The notes under the pieces were generated by a model. It saw only the letters and a list, made by a program, of their open reading frames with translations, had not been told where the DNA came from and did not search any database. This document shows positions 39,182 to 49,397 of a stretch of 64,000 nt of DNA, piece after piece (within the stretch, counting starts at the first letter, position 1; each line of letters starts with the position of its first letter). The position numbers were made by a program, and so were the translations under genes. Location: NCBI GenBank assembly GCA_963707025.1, contig CAVPOM010000004.1, positions 256,001 to 320,000 on the forward strand. Direction: 5' to 3'. The stretch comes from an uncultured Verrucomicrobiae bacterium (GTDB lineage: Bacteria; Verrucomicrobiota; Verrucomicrobiia; Limisphaerales; Palsa-1400).

Positions 39182-40412
39182 TTATTTTTTCTTGACTGCT
39201 TCGACGAGCAGTTCGCGGATGCGCCGCTCGTCGGCCGCCTGCACGGTCAGGCGCAGGCCGCCGACGACGACCGACTCCCCCGGGGCGGGCACGACCTGGA
39301 AGGCGTGCAGGGCCAGGCCGGACATGGTTTCCACGCCGGGCGTCTCCCCCAGGGGCGGGTATTCGCGCCGGAAATTATCCAGGCGCACGGCGCCGCCCGC
39401 CCGCCAGCGGCCCGGCCCGAGATTCTCCAGGACGGCCTGGGCCGGCTCGTGCTCGTGGTGAATCCGGCCCACCACCTCGGCCAGGATGTCCTCGATGGTG
39501 ACGATGCCGGCGGTGCCGCCGAATTCATCCCGCACGATGGCCAGGCCGCGGCGCTGGCGCTGCAAACTCTTGAGCAATTGCAGCAGATTCATGCTCTCCG
39601 GCACGAAGGAGGGGAACTCGATGACCGCGTCCAAATCCTGCTCCGGGTCCAGGAGGAGGGAGTGGGTGTTGAGCACGCCGACGATGTTGTCGGGGGTTTC
39701 ATCATACATGGGCAGGCGGCGGTGCTGGGCGCGGCGGGCGGCGGCGGCCATTTCCGCCACGGAAAGATCGTCGGAAATGCAGACCATCTGGGTGCGCCCT
39801 TTCATGACCTCGCGGGCCTGGCGGCGGTCCAGGCGGATGATTTGCAGGATGATCTCCTTCTCCCCCGCGGCCAGGGCGCCCTGCTGGAACGCCATTTCCA
39901 GCAACTCCTTGTACTCGGCGTCGGAAAGGCTGGCCGGGGCGGCCAGGGCGGCGGGGCCGACGGCGCCCAGGACGGCGTTTGTCAAGTATTGGGCGATCCG
40001 GCGCAGCGGGCGGCTGGCATTTTGCAAAAACAACATCGGGCGGGCCACCCGCCGCGACCAAAGCTCCGGGGCGCGCACCGCCATGGTTTTGGGGGCGGCT
40101 TCGCCGCCGAACAACACCGCCCAGAGCACGGCGAACATGACCCAGCGCCGGCCAGTCGCGGCGCCACACCACCCACAGCACGAGGGTGACGATGCCGGCG
40201 TTGGCGAAGCTGTTGCCCAAGGCCAGCGTGGCCAGCAGGTCCTGCGGGGTGGCGAGCAGGCGGCTGATGATTTTGCCCGCGCCGGGGGAGCGTTCCTCCA
40301 ACTGGCGCACCTGCCATTTGCCCAGCGAAAAGAGGGACGTTTCGGCCAGCGCAAAAAAGAAGCTGGCGCCGGAAAATGCGATCAGCCCCGCCAATGCCAG
40401 GATCGGCGTCAT
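39182..40412 (-). CDS. CNNM/CBS/CorC protein (apparent frameshift near 40145)
   Basis: N-terminus SFFFALAETSLFSL in frame 39702-40412; GEAAPK...DEFGGTAGIVTIEDIL in frame 39182-40354. Confidence 0.85.
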
Positions 40413-40419
40413 CGGCTGA

Positions 40420-41607
40420 TCAACCAGGTTTGCCCGCCACCGGGCCGTTGCCCGCCGGGATGATTTCCTTGAAGGCCGCCATGAAGCGCCCCATTTCGCC
40501 GGCGTCGCCCACCGAGACTCGCAGGTAGTCGTTCATGGGCGGGAAGGGCCGGCCCACCAGCACGCCCCGCTTGCGGAATTCGCCGGTGACGGTATTGACC
40601 GGACGGCGGATGTTGACCATGAAGAAGTTGGCTTGCGACGGGATGACCTCGTAGCCCAGGCCGGTGAGTTCGGCGGTCGTCTTTTTGCGCAGGTCCAGCG
40701 TCATGGCCTTGACCCTGGCCTGCGCCGCGGCGTCCTTCAACCCCGCCGCGCCGCCCCACTTGACGATGGCGTTGATGCTGGCGATGGAATGGGGCCGCAT
40801 GCGTTCGATCAACGCTTGCGGAGCAATGGCGTAACCCAGGCGCATGCCCGCCAGACCGACGATTTTTGAAAAGGTCCGCGCCACGATGACGGGCCGGCCT
40901 TCCAGCACGTATGGAACGGAGGTTTCGTAATCGGGGCTTTCCACAAAATGATGGTAGGCCTCGTCAATCAAAACCGGGATGTCGCCGGGAATGCCGTCGA
41001 GCAATTGTTTGACTTCCCTTTTGGGGACGATGACGCCGGTGGGATTGTTCGGGTTGCACAAATAGACGAAACCGATGTCGCGGCGATTGTCCTGGGTGGC
41101 CTTGATCAGGGCCGGAATGTCCTGGCGGTGGTCGGGCAGGAGGTCGAGCTGAATGGAGTCCGACTTGACGCCGCGGGCAAATTCATAGACGGTGCCGAAG
41201 GTGGGCCTGACGCCAATGACCTTCTTGCCGCCGGCCAAAAACGTTTCGTCCACCACGTCCAGGATTTCGGTGGACCCCGCGCCCAGCAGGACGTGGTCGC
41301 GGGTGACGCCGTGGTGGCCGGCGATGGTCTCGACGATGCCGCCATCGGGATAGCCGTAGCGATTGGCGTATTTGAGCGCGCCGGTCATGGCGTTGAGGAC
41401 CGATTCGGGCGGTCCGTAAGGATTTTCGTTGAAGCACAATTTGGCCAGTTGGTCGTAAGCGTCGCGGGAGAGCGGGCGGCCGTCGGAACCGGTTTCCGGG
41501 GGCATCTGGGCCAGGAGATCGGAGGAAGGGCGCAGGCCGAGGGCAGCGGCGGCGAAGGCCAGGCCGCCCATGAATTTGCGGCGGGAAACAGTGTGGTTGA
41601 CATTCAT
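40420..41607 (-). CDS. HisC-like PLP-dependent aminotransferase with Tat signal peptide
   Basis: SRRKFM Tat motif; NENPYGP, GAGSTE, CNPNNPTG, DEAY, RTFSKIVGLAGMRLGY. Confidence 0.88.
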   Translation of the reverse strand: MNVNHTVSRRKFMGGLAFAAAALGLRPSSDLLAQMPPETGSDGRPLSRDAYDQLAKLCFNENPYGPPESVLNAMTGALKYANRYGYPDGGIVETIAGHHGVTRDHVLLGAGSTEILDVVDETFLAGGKKVIGVRPTFGTVYEFARGVKSDSIQLDLLPDHRQDIPALIKATQDNRRDIGFVYLCNPNNPTGVIVPKREVKQLLDGIPGDIPVLIDEAYHHFVESPDYETSVPYVLEGRPVIVARTFSKIVGLAGMRLGYAIAPQALIERMRPHSIASINAIVKWGGAAGLKDAAAQARVKAMTLDLRKKTTAELTGLGYEVIPSQANFFMVNIRRPVNTVTGEFRKRGVLVGRPFPPMNDYLRVSVGDAGEMGRFMAAFKEIIPAGNGPVAGKPG

Positions 41608-41761
41608 AAACTTTTGGCGTGTTTTTGCGTTGGGTGGCGTGGACACGGCCGGGTTGCGGCCTGGGCGTCATGTCTGAACAAAATCAATTGCACGCGCCGC
41701 ACTCTATCCATTTCCCCGGCGGCTGACAAGCAGGAAAGGACAAGGTGGAAAACGACGATGC

Positions 41762-42477
41762 GTGCAGGACATAATTCTTCCTCGAAAGCCGTCGTGCAGG
41801 GAGAATTACCAAATTGCGTATATAGGGTTGGCCTACCCAGCAGCCTGGTTCCGCTCTCTTCTTGCGGCAAGAGCGAGGACTGGGGGAGAAGGTTAGGATG
41901 AGGGCGAAGCAAAAAGCCAAGTCAGTGGAAAAGCCCGACCTCACCCCGGCTCTCCTCCAGGAGAGGGTGTGACCTCCGCCGTCCTCACGAAATGCCAGCG
42001 CCGGGATTTGCCGGACGCGCCTGCGTCAACCCGAGGCGGGCGAAGTCTGTTCCTTCTCCCAGGGGGAGAAGGTCAGGATGAGGGTGGAGCAAAAAGGCAA
42101 GTCAGTGGAAAAGCCCGACCTCACCCCGGCCCTCTCCTCGAGGAGAGGGTGAAACATCCGCCGCCGTCGCCAAAGGCCAGGGCTGGGATGAATGGGGCGC
42201 TCCTGCACCCAACCGGAGGCGGGCGAAGTCTGTTCCTTCTCCCAGGGGGAGAAGGTCAGGATGAGGGCGGAGCAAAAAGGCAAGTCAGTGGAAAAGCCCG
42301 ACCTCACCCCGGCCCTCTCCTCGAGGAGAGGGTGAAACATCCGCCGCCGTCGCCAAAGGCCAGGGCTGGGATGAATGGGGCGCTCCTGCACCCAACCGGA
42401 GGCGGGCGAAGTCTGTTCCTTCTCCCAAGGGGAAAAGGTTAGGATGAGGGCGAGCCGCGAAAAATCATGTCCTGCAC
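41762..42477. mobile_element. MITE-like element with three tandem ~180-183 bp internal units
   Basis: Terminal IR GTGCAGGACAT / ATGTCCTGCAC; units start at 41891, 42071, 42254 (partial at 42437); homologous to 53445-53792. Confidence 0.75.
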
Positions 42478-42767
42478 CGGAAAACGCGCGCGCGCCTCTC
42501 GCTGCGGGAGGGCCGGCTGGAACAGGGTTTAAAAAACACGGGCCTGAAGCGGAGCACCGGGAGAACCAGGAGGAAATTTTTGGCGGGGTTTGGCGGCTGG
42601 CATCGCGTATTGTTAGTGACAGCACAAGCCCGCGGACGCCGAGGAGGCCGTCGGGCCGCGCACAGTTAAATCAAGATGAACGGAGATCATTGACCGGTAA
42701 TTCTTTTGCCGCCGCCGCCCAACCATCGCCGGCGGCGGCCCGGGAAGCAATGTCCCGGCCTTCACGC

Positions 42768-45689
42768 ATGAAACGAGGGCTGATCTCATTTTTGGTCGTG
42801 GCAGCAGTTTGCCAGTGCGGCGCCCCGGGCGCCCGCGGGCAGTTCAGCACGGGCAATTTTTTTAATTTTGAAACCGCGCCGGTGCGTCCGGTGGCTTTAA
42901 GCCCGGACGGCACGAAACTGGCCCTGTGCAATTTGCCCGCGGGCCATCTGGAAATCTTCGACATCACTTCCGGGGCGCCGGTTTCTTTGGCCAGCATCCC
43001 GGTGGGGATGGACCCGGTCGCGGTCAACTTTCGCACGACGAACGAAATCTGGGTGGCCAATTATATTTCCGGTTCGATCAGCCTGGTTGAGCTGGCGTCG
43101 CGGCGCGTCTTCAACACCATCGCCACCTCCAACCAGCCGTCGGACATTGTCTTCGCCGGCAACCCGCCGCAGGCCTTCGTGTCGTGCGGGCAGCCCAACC
43201 TGGTCCAGGTGTTCAATCCCCAGACCTGGCAATGGGTGGCCAATGTGGCCATTGACGGCAACCGCCCCCGCGCCCTGGCCGTCAGCCCGGACGGCGCGAC
43301 GGTCTATGCGGCCATTTTTGAATCGGGCAACGCCTCGACCATCATCGGCTCGGGCGTGGCGCAGTTGGGGAATCTGCCCAAGCCCAACGCGGTCAATTTC
43401 CCCGCCGCTCCTTCGGGCGGCCAGAATCCACCCCCGAACAGCGGGTCCAATTTCGTCCCCGCCATCAATCCGGCGCTCTCCAATGCGCCGCCGCCGCGCG
43501 CGGGCTTGATCGTGAAGAAGAACGGGGCGGGCCGCTGGCTGGATGACAACCAGGGCGATTGGACCGAATTCATCCGCGGCAGCAACGCCGCCTTCACCGG
43601 GCGGGTGCCGGGATGGGACATGCCCGACCACGACCTGGCCGTGATCAATGCCAGCAATTATGCCGTCACCTACGCCTGCGGCTTGATGAATATTTGCATG
43701 GCCGTGGCGGTCAATCCGGCCTCGGGAAAAATCAGCGTGGTGGGCACCGAGGCCCTCAACCAGCTCCGCTTTCAACCGGTGCTGCAAAGTGTTTTCCTCC
43801 GGGTCAATCTCGCCCAGGTGGATCCGCTGGCGCTGACCAACACGGTGGTGGATTTGAATCCGCATCTGGATTATCAATCGCGCCAGGTTCCTCCCGACCA
43901 GGTGATGATGTCCATTGGCGATCCGCGCGGCCTGGTCTGGAGCCCGGACGGCACGCGCGGCTATGTCACCGGCATGGGCTCGGACAATTTGGTCATCCTG
44001 GATGCGCAGGGCCATCGGGCGGGATTGACCCCGGCGATCAACCTGGGCCAGGGCCCGACCGGACTGGCGCTGGATGAAAGCCGCCACCGCCTCTATGTCT
44101 ATAACCGGTTCGACGACAGCCTCTCCACCGTGGATACGGTCGGGCAAAGCGTGGTCAGCACGCTGGCCTTGTTCGATCCGACGCCCCAGGTCATCAAGAC
44201 GGGGCGTCCTCATCTTTACAATACCCATCAAACCTCCGGTCTGGGCCAATTGGCCTGCGCCTCCTGCCATGTGGACGCGCGATTGGACCGGCTGGCCTGG
44301 GACCTGGGCGACCCGACCGACGTGATGAACGGGATCGGCACCAACTACAATTTCGCCAACTTTCCGCCGTCGCCCACCAACAATTTCCATCCCATGAAAG
44401 GCCCGATGGTGACGCTGAGTCTGCAGGATATCATCGGCCACGAACCCTTTCACTGGCGGGGGGACCGCGAAGGCCTGGAGGCCTTTGCCCAGACCTTCAC
44501 CAATTTACAAGGCATGCCGGGCGGGCTGACCACCAATCAAATGGCGGAGCTGAAGGCCTTTCTGGCCACGGTGGGACTTGGCCCCAATCCCTTCCGGCCC
44601 ATGGATAATTCGCTTCCGACCAACCTGCCGCTGACGGGAGAATTGGCCCTGGGCCGCGGCTCCCTGCCCGAAGGCGCCCCGCTGCCCAACGGCAACGCGC
44701 AGTCCGGCCAGACGGCTTTTCGCTCCACCAACGCCACCGGTTGCATTATTTGTCACACCCTGCCGGCCGGGTTGGGGACGGACAGCCAATTCAGCGGCGG
44801 CTTGTGGCGCGCCCTGGCCGTGAGCACCAACGGCTCCCATCACGCCGCGCTCATCGAGCTGCCCCGCTCTGCCAATCTCCCGTTCAAAATCCCTTCTTTG
44901 CGAAACTTGACTGATAAAACCGGCATGAGCCTGGTTTCCACGAACAGCCGCGCCGGGTTCGGTTTTCTCAACGATGGCAGTGTGGACAGCCTGGTCCGCT
45001 TTGTGCAGGACGGGTTTGGCATCACCAACGATCAAGCCACGGCCGACTTGATCGCTTTTCTGTTTTCCTTCACCGGCTCCGATTTAATCCCCGGCTCGGC
45101 CACCGACATCAACCGTTCCCCGGGATTGGCCAGCCTGGACACACCGGCGGGAGTGGGACGCCGAATCACCATCAGCGCCACCAACGACGCGCCCACATTG
45201 GATGCCATGCTCGCTCTGGCCGGCGCGCACGCCAGCCGGGTTGATCTGATCGTCAAGGGCATGAAAAACGGCGTGGCGCGCGGCTGGTTCTTCGACACGA
45301 CCAACGGCATCTTTCTCTCCGACCGCCAGGGCGAGACGTATGCGCCCGTGGCCTTGCGCGCACTGGCCGCGCCCGGCAGTGAACAAACCTACATGCTGGT
45401 CCCCAAAGGCACGGGGCTGCGCCTCGGCATTGACCGGGATTTGGACGGATACCTCGACGGCGATTTGCTCGTGCAATCCGCCGCCGCAACCTCCAACGGC
45501 CCGGCCCTCAATTGGACTTCCGTGCTGGGGCTGACTTATCAGCTTCAGTATAAAAACGACCTGGCGGATCCGGCCTGGACGACGCTGCCGCAGAGCATGG
45601 CCGGGACGGGCAACTCCATTTCCATGATTGACAACACCCTCGGGACCAATCGCGCGCGGTATTACCGCGTCACCGCAACCCAGCCCTGA
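42768..45689 (+). CDS. Secreted YVTN/YncE beta-propeller protein with two c-type heme motifs
   Basis: Signal peptide; repeated A.SPDG blades; CASCH and CIICH; FHWRGDR and FKIPSLRN resemble di-heme CCP/MauG-like motifs; C-terminal ...RYYRV module. Confidence 0.85.
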   Translation: MKRGLISFLVVAAVCQCGAPGARGQFSTGNFFNFETAPVRPVALSPDGTKLALCNLPAGHLEIFDITSGAPVSLASIPVGMDPVAVNFRTTNEIWVANYISGSISLVELASRRVFNTIATSNQPSDIVFAGNPPQAFVSCGQPNLVQVFNPQTWQWVANVAIDGNRPRALAVSPDGATVYAAIFESGNASTIIGSGVAQLGNLPKPNAVNFPAAPSGGQNPPPNSGSNFVPAINPALSNAPPPRAGLIVKKNGAGRWLDDNQGDWTEFIRGSNAAFTGRVPGWDMPDHDLAVINASNYAVTYACGLMNICMAVAVNPASGKISVVGTEALNQLRFQPVLQSVFLRVNLAQVDPLALTNTVVDLNPHLDYQSRQVPPDQVMMSIGDPRGLVWSPDGTRGYVTGMGSDNLVILDAQGHRAGLTPAINLGQGPTGLALDESRHRLYVYNRFDDSLSTVDTVGQSVVSTLALFDPTPQVIKTGRPHLYNTHQTSGLGQLACASCHVDARLDRLAWDLGDPTDVMNGIGTNYNFANFPPSPTNNFHPMKGPMVTLSLQDIIGHEPFHWRGDREGLEAFAQTFTNLQGMPGGLTTNQMAELKAFLATVGLGPNPFRPMDNSLPTNLPLTGELALGRGSLPEGAPLPNGNAQSGQTAFRSTNATGCIICHTLPAGLGTDSQFSGGLWRALAVSTNGSHHAALIELPRSANLPFKIPSLRNLTDKTGMSLVSTNSRAGFGFLNDGSVDSLVRFVQDGFGITNDQATADLIAFLFSFTGSDLIPGSATDINRSPGLASLDTPAGVGRRITISATNDAPTLDAMLALAGAHASRVDLIVKGMKNGVARGWFFDTTNGIFLSDRQGETYAPVALRALAAPGSEQTYMLVPKGTGLRLGIDRDLDGYLDGDLLVQSAAATSNGPALNWTSVLGLTYQLQYKNDLADPAWTTLPQSMAGTGNSISMIDNTLGTNRARYYRVTATQP

Positions 45690-45691
45690 CC

Positions 45692-47014
45692 ATGAAGCCC
45701 GCCCATTGCCTGATGCGCTTGGCCCTGATCGCCGGCGGATGGCTGGGGCTGGAGGCCAGCCTCCCGGCCCAGCGGGCTTTCAGCATTTCCCTCTCGCTCA
45801 CCAACCAGGCCCAACCGCTGGTCAGTTGGAACGCGCAGTCCGCCACGCCGGTGGGCGATCTGCTCATCGTGCCGCAATTTCAGGTCCTGCGCAGCGGCGA
45901 CCTCCAGAACTGGACGCCCGTGGGCAGCCTGGTCACCGGCGCGCTTCATCAAAACCTGAGCTTGGCGGATTCCAATTCCGCCGCCGCGTTTTACCGGGTG
46001 CAATCGGTCATCCGCCTGGAGTACGCGCCCTTGGACAATGTCGTGCTCACCTCCGGCCAACTGGACGGGGCGGACTTTTTCGGGGCCAGTCTGTTCAACG
46101 CCAGTTTGGACTCCGCGGAATTGGAGCAGGCCGTCCTGGCCGGGGCCGATTTGGGCAACGCCAACCTGACCGGCGCGGATTTGCTGGAGGCGGATCTGTT
46201 CGGCGTCGAAGCCGCCGGCACCACCTTTGATCTGGCCACCTTGCACGGGGCGGACGCGCGCTTTGCCGATTTCGGCGGCGCCAGCATGGTCAACACCGAC
46301 CTGAGCGACGCCGACCTGAGTTCGGCCGCGCTGGCGGGCGCGACCCTTGATTTGGCCGTTTTCCAGGGAATGATCGTGGACTCCAATACCGTCCTGGATC
46401 CCAAGCCGGCCCTGATATGGCAAATCGTCAACCAGGGCGCGCCCAACGCCGACCTGGCCGGCCAGGACCTCAGCTTCGCCGTCCTGACCAACGCCAATCT
46501 AAACGGGGCCAGGTTGAACAACGCCAACCTCACCGCCTCCGACCTGGAAGGCGCGGACATTCGCAACGCCAACCTCACCGGCGCGTTGCTCGCCTTCGTC
46601 AATTTCCAGGGAACGCTCCTCAACTCCAACACCCTGATCAATGCGCAGGCCCTGCTCGTCTGGAAAATCCTCAATCAGAATGCCGGCGCCAACGCGAACC
46701 TGGCCGGGATCAATCTGAACAGCGTCTGGCTCGTCGCGGCCAACCTGACCAACGCCGATCTGGCCGGGGCCAATTGCGGAAACTCCGAGTTTTTCCAGGC
46801 CAATTTGAACGGGGCCGACTGCGCCCACGCCATTTTCTCGCAATCGGATTTGACCAGCGCCACCCTGACCAACGCCAACCTCACCTCCGCCAGCATGACC
46901 TTTGTCAATTTGAGCGACGCCAACCTTTTCCACGCCATCACCAACGGCTGCAACTTCACCGGCGCGCTATTCACCAACACCATCATGCCCGACGGTTCCA
47001 TCCGCAATTTCTGA
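45692..47014 (+). CDS. Secreted pentapeptide-repeat protein
   Basis: Signal peptide; many A(D/N)Lxx repeats; two L(I/V)W.I.NQ inserts; C-terminal NTIMPDGS. Confidence 0.9.
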   Translation: MKPAHCLMRLALIAGGWLGLEASLPAQRAFSISLSLTNQAQPLVSWNAQSATPVGDLLIVPQFQVLRSGDLQNWTPVGSLVTGALHQNLSLADSNSAAAFYRVQSVIRLEYAPLDNVVLTSGQLDGADFFGASLFNASLDSAELEQAVLAGADLGNANLTGADLLEADLFGVEAAGTTFDLATLHGADARFADFGGASMVNTDLSDADLSSAALAGATLDLAVFQGMIVDSNTVLDPKPALIWQIVNQGAPNADLAGQDLSFAVLTNANLNGARLNNANLTASDLEGADIRNANLTGALLAFVNFQGTLLNSNTLINAQALLVWKILNQNAGANANLAGINLNSVWLVAANLTNADLAGANCGNSEFFQANLNGADCAHAIFSQSDLTSATLTNANLTSASMTFVNLSDANLFHAITNGCNFTGALFTNTIMPDGSIRNF

Positions 47015-47241
47015 CCCGCCGCCCGCTGAGGCCCTCTGACCCGCCGTGGCTTTCTCCGAAGAAATCGAGTATCGGCCCGATCCCGATGAATCGGGACCCT
47101 GCCACCCATGACGGCCGCATTGCACTGCACGGTGGTTGGAGGAGGGCGGCTGAGTTGGGGCGGCAGGCCGCCAAGGGTCTGCGCCTCGGATTCCTTCCCA
47201 ATAGGTCGTTGTCCGCTGCGCTTAATCTCGTTGCGGCCGCC

Positions 47242-48582
47242 TCATTGGGAACTGATGCGGTAGTACCGTCCGACGCTGCCTGGCTGAAAAGGTTCGCTGA
47301 AATAATACGCGCCGTTGGTCAGGGTGAGGCTTTGCAGCGGAGTCCAAACGGGGCCGGCGAGATTGGCGCAGGCTTCCACCACGATGGGGATATTGGTGGT
47401 GCCGGTGATGTTGAAGCCAAATTGACCGTTCTGCACGCCAAAGCTGCCATCGCCGGTTTGAATCAGCGGGTTCCACAGCACGGCCGGATGCCCGGTATTG
47501 GCGGAAAACTCACCCCAGCCGGTCGTGCCGGGCAAATAATAATTGGTCACGGGATCGCCTGGACCTTCTCCAACATCATTGAAAACAGACCAATCAGCGG
47601 TGGGAGCATGACCCTGGAAATAAAGACTGGTCAATTTGGAGCAGCGTGCGAAGGCGCCCTCCCCGATGCTGAGCAGGCCGCCCGCGATGGCGGCATTGGT
47701 GAGGCTGGTGCAGGTGTCGAACGCATAATTCCCGATGTTGGTGACGCTGCCGGGAATCCTGACGTTACTCAAGTTGGTGCATAAAAGGAACGCATAATCC
47801 GCTATGGTGGTGACGGTGCCGGGAATGTTGTAACTTCCGGCCTTGCCCCCTGGATATTCAAGAAGCGTAGCCTCGCGCTTGTCGAACAAGACTCCAAGCA
47901 AACTGCTATAATCTTGATTGTTTGCATCCACCGTGATCGCCGTGAGGCCGGTGCATTGAGGGAAGGCTCCCTCGATGTTGGTGACGCTGGCGGGAATCGT
48001 CACGCTGGCCAGGCTGGTACAGCCGTAAAACGCGCCGCCTCCGATACTGAGGACGCCGTTGGCGATGGTGGCGTTTGTCAGGCTCGAACAGTTCTCGAAG
48101 GCAGATTCCCCGATGGTGATGAGACTGCCGGGAATCGTGACGCTGGTCAGGCCGATGCAGTCCACGAACGCAAGCTCCCCGATGCTCAGCACGCCGCTGC
48201 CAATGGTAACGGTAGTCAGGCCGTGGGAAGTTTCGAACGCCCCCACCCCGATGTTGGTTACGCTGTCAGGAATGGTGACGTTGGTCAGGTAGTCGCAGTT
48301 GCCGAACGCATTGACGTCTATGTCGGTGACGCCTTCGGGAATAATAACACTGTCCAGGTCGGCGAGGCTCGAGAACGCGTTTGGCCCGATGATGGTAACT
48401 GGCAGGCCTGTGTCGTTCGTGGCTGGAATGGTCAGATTCCCTCCAGCGCCTGAATAACCGGTGAGGGTGACAGTGATGCCGTCAGCATTCGTCGTGAAAC
48501 TGTATTGCGCTTGGACGCCCGTCGGTGCGGCTAACAGCGCGACCATCATGGTAATTATTCCACCCAAAATCATTTTCTTCAT
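47242..48582 (-). CDS. BspA-type leucine-rich repeat surface protein
   Basis: Signal peptide; repeats LT.VTIP.SVT.IG..AF..C. Confidence 0.92.
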   Translation of the reverse strand: MKKMILGGIITMMVALLAAPTGVQAQYSFTTNADGITVTLTGYSGAGGNLTIPATNDTGLPVTIIGPNAFSSLADLDSVIIPEGVTDIDVNAFGNCDYLTNVTIPDSVTNIGVGAFETSHGLTTVTIGSGVLSIGELAFVDCIGLTSVTIPGSLITIGESAFENCSSLTNATIANGVLSIGGGAFYGCTSLASVTIPASVTNIEGAFPQCTGLTAITVDANNQDYSSLLGVLFDKREATLLEYPGGKAGSYNIPGTVTTIADYAFLLCTNLSNVRIPGSVTNIGNYAFDTCTSLTNAAIAGGLLSIGEGAFARCSKLTSLYFQGHAPTADWSVFNDVGEGPGDPVTNYYLPGTTGWGEFSANTGHPAVLWNPLIQTGDGSFGVQNGQFGFNITGTTNIPIVVEACANLAGPVWTPLQSLTLTNGAYYFSEPFQPGSVGRYYRISSQ

Positions 48583-48627
48583 GCAAAACTCCTTTTCTGT
48601 TTATTTTGATCCCTCATCCTGCCCCGC

Positions 48628-49397
48628 CTATGGGAAACTGATGACGCCGCCAATATAACCGTAGGCGTCGCAAAACCCAAATCCATAAACCTGGACTTCA
48701 AACGGCTGGGAGCTGGTAACCTTATGCGTACCCCACTCCACCGGAACTCGGGCTCCGGAATAACCACTGCTCCCAACCTGTACGAAATTGGTCCCTGCCA
48801 AGTTCGTGCTATCCAAGGCGGTCGTTGATATCGCTGATTGAGGCACAATGAGAGTCAAAAAAGTTTTGTAAGGAGCTGACTGCCCGTCAAGATAGGCTGG
48901 AATAACGATTGTGTAAGAGCTCATATAATGACCTGCTGGCGGCAACAACATCTCCAGAGGATCTCCTTCGTGTTAAGTTGATTGTCGAATTCAGCCCCAT
49001 TGGCGAATTGGGCGACTTGAATGGGTTTGTTGGCCTGGAATTGCACCCATCCTTCGAGGATGGTGTCAAAGAAATGCCCTGCCCCTAGGCTGTTGGTCAC
49101 TACACCGTTGATCGTCGTTGTGGTCACGACCGTAGCGTCATTCGCCGCAAGGACACGATAACTGTCACCGTTGGTTCGATCCGCGAAGGAAAGAGCCAAC
49201 GCTTCTGTTCCCCACGAAGCGAGAGGGAGTTGCTCCTGCACAAGCGGATTCTCATACTGAGTGTTGGTATCCGGGAGATAGGCAGCATTCGCACCGGCGA
49301 ATACTGCAATTGGATTGGTCGAAGTGATCAACGTGCCCGTCACATCGTTTGTAAACGTGATGCTGTTGATTTCATAGGTTTCTCCTTGGTTCAGGTT
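48628..49397 (-). pseudogene. C-terminal part of an IgGFc-binding-domain surface protein (IS-disrupted, frameshift near 48975)
   Basis: DVTGTLITSTNPIAVFAG, EQLP...WG, KPIQVAQF, EGDP.EM, S.QPF.VQVYGFG..DAYGY.GG. Confidence 0.8.

Noticed and set aside
41891..42445. Possible CRISPR array or repeat-protein genes (ORFs 41969-42442, 42026-42625)
   Set aside because: The units are ~180-bp near-identical tandem copies without unique spacers, and no cas genes are present; the ORFs are by-products of the repeat.
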